From the sequence record NC_061449.1: 64,000 nucleotides of DNA. One strand, given 5' to 3'. Every line of letters begins with the position of its first letter. Position 1 is the stretch's first letter. This document shows, piece by piece, positions 62,465 to 64,000 of the stretch. A program made the translations under genes and the position numbers. The notes beneath the pieces were generated by a model. It saw only the letters and a list, made by a program, of their open reading frames with translations. It made no database searches and was not told where the DNA came from.

Positions 62465-63604
62465 ATGATCACAGAAGAATTAGGTCTTAATGCTTATCTG
62501 GCACAGCGTCTGGGAATTGAGGAATCCTCAGAGGCGTTCCAACGAGTATACGCTGCAACGATTCGTTATATTGGCAGCGGGTATAAGTCTATCGCGGGTT
62601 ATCACCGCGACTTGCAAGCAGCCGTGGATTTTAAGCAGTACGAATTTACTGCACCGGACTTGCGAATTGAACTGTCTTCGATTTGTCGTTTCACTTTGAA
62701 GATGCGTTTCTTTGTTCTCGCCGTTTGTCTACACAAAGCACCGAGAGATATTATTCAGCAATACGCAGCATACGGTCTGTCAAAGCGTGAAGCAGTGTTG
62801 GCGTGGAATCTGATTCTCAAGCACGACACTCAGCGTACACAGATTCGTCGTTGTGCGAAAGCGCGAGCGAAGACTAAGGGTGGATTAGATATCACTATGG
62901 TTAGTAGCAAAGAGTTGCGCTTACGCCTAGATCAAACAGCAAGCCTGTTCGGTGAAATTCATCGCAGTGCGAAGCGTTTGTGTCGTAAGAATTTGCAGTG
63001 GGTGTCAGTGAGCCACAACATACCGATGGCTGACCTGACGTGTGACATTATGTGCAAGGTACTGCTGTCGTACTATCAGTCCCTACCGAACCGCTTTAGC
63101 GAGGGCCACCAGCTTAACTATCTTCGTGCGTCACTGACGAACCGCATCAACAACATGAACAACTACTACGGCGCTGAGAAGCGTAAACGTATGAAGAAGG
63201 TGGGTGAGGACAAGTATGAGATTGTGGTTATGTCTGACAATCAGATGTGGCACAATCCAGAAGACGACTCGTCCAACTCTTATGAAGACATGTTGGGTGA
63301 GGATGCTCGCGTACACACCGAGCAGATGGAAAACAATCTTACCATCAATCGTCTGCTTGAAGAAGCAGAAGGAACGAAGCGCCACAAACTGTATCAAACA
63401 GTGCTCGGCCGGGATTGTGCTGAGTTCACTGAATATCTGCGTGAGAACGGAATGCTGAAACAGACAATGACATGCGCCACCCAGTGGATCATGGCAAAGC
63501 CTACGAAGTTCATACGCAAGACCCTGGCGAAGTGGCTGGAGGTTAGCGTTGACGCTGTAACAGGCGGTCTGGAGACATTACGTGGTTCATTACAGGTTGC
63601 ATGA
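62465..63604 (+). CDS. Putative divergent (ECF/gp55-like) sigma factor
   Basis: ADLTCDIMCKVLLSYY...LNYLRASLTNRINNMNNYYGAEKRKR resembles sigma region 2.2-2.4. Confidence 0.45.
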   Translation: MITEELGLNAYLAQRLGIEESSEAFQRVYAATIRYIGSGYKSIAGYHRDLQAAVDFKQYEFTAPDLRIELSSICRFTLKMRFFVLAVCLHKAPRDIIQQYAAYGLSKREAVLAWNLILKHDTQRTQIRRCAKARAKTKGGLDITMVSSKELRLRLDQTASLFGEIHRSAKRLCRKNLQWVSVSHNIPMADLTCDIMCKVLLSYYQSLPNRFSEGHQLNYLRASLTNRINNMNNYYGAEKRKRMKKVGEDKYEIVVMSDNQMWHNPEDDSSNSYEDMLGEDARVHTEQMENNLTINRLLEEAEGTKRHKLYQTVLGRDCAEFTEYLRENGMLKQTMTCATQWIMAKPTKFIRKTLAKWLEVSVDAVTGGLETLRGSLQVA

Positions 63605-63620
63605 GAGGTCACCGTATAGT

Positions 63621-63992
63621 ATGCAGCAAGCAATCATTAATACTGATATGGAGCGTAGTGCATTAGCTCTGTTCAGCCGTCCTCAGTTGGATGAGGACTA
63701 TAAGCGTACCGTGTTGTATCTCGTGTATAAGACTGTAAATCGTAATGGCATGATGCAGGTCAAACGTCTGATGTTTGAACTAAGTCAGACGTACGGGTTA
63801 GACAAAGAAGATGTGAAGTCTGCTATCAGTGCGCTCAAGGCACCGTTCGCATTCAACACGCTTTCTGTGTTTGTGCCTCGTGCAGATCTGAAAGCAAACC
63901 GCGTGTGTCGTGTTAACTCGAATGCTGTGATTGAAAACTGGATCGCAGAAGTAGAGCAGACTCGACCACATATCACTCGCTTGTTGCAGTAG
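63621..63992 (+). CDS. Hypothetical protein, possible winged helix
   Basis: GAGG upstream; helix-helix-helix-strand pattern. Confidence 0.6.
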   Translation: MQQAIINTDMERSALALFSRPQLDEDYKRTVLYLVYKTVNRNGMMQVKRLMFELSQTYGLDKEDVKSAISALKAPFAFNTLSVFVPRADLKANRVCRVNSNAVIENWIAEVEQTRPHITRLLQ

Positions 63993-64000
63993 GGGCGTCA

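Noticed and set aside
1-64000. Assignment to a named phage genus (e.g. Erwinia/Dickeya Alexandra-like jumbo phages)
   Set aside because: Gene content is reminiscent but cannot be verified without a search; no structural marker genes are in the window

Overview
A 64-kb slice of a large, probably jumbo-type, lytic dsDNA phage genome. All credible genes lie on the + strand. The host is probably a gammaproteobacterium (inference from enterobacterial-style codon use and a close YbiI homologue). Zone 1 (1-10.9 kb): a 5'-truncated sigma70-like factor, a gp32-like SSB with a block-charged tail, a RecA/UvsX recombinase split by two inteins only 14 codons apart, and an AcrVA2/FinQ-like gene between two paralogous unknown genes. 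Zone 2 (11-42.4 kb): about 60 mostly small early/accessory genes, including Tpt1/KptA, a radical SAM enzyme, a YbiI/TraR zinc finger, UvsE, dUTPase, an SLT transglycosylase and an HD protein. Zone 3 (42.5-64 kb): a block of extremely acidic or lysine-rich proteins including an H1-like protein, a two-subunit type IIA topoisomerase, an HNH-RHH protein and a second sigma-like gene. Read directly from the sequence: an 11-copy promoter family (extended -10 plus a conserved GCA-N6-TGGACRAAAT box at about -60..-41), a WCTGTAAAYA motif clustered at gene boundaries, a ~45-aa helical module shared by many unrelated proteins, an adjacent acidic/basic paralogue pair, repeated hairpin+RBS intergenic cassettes and three structured ncRNA candidates. 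All family assignments come from recalled motifs; no database search was run.
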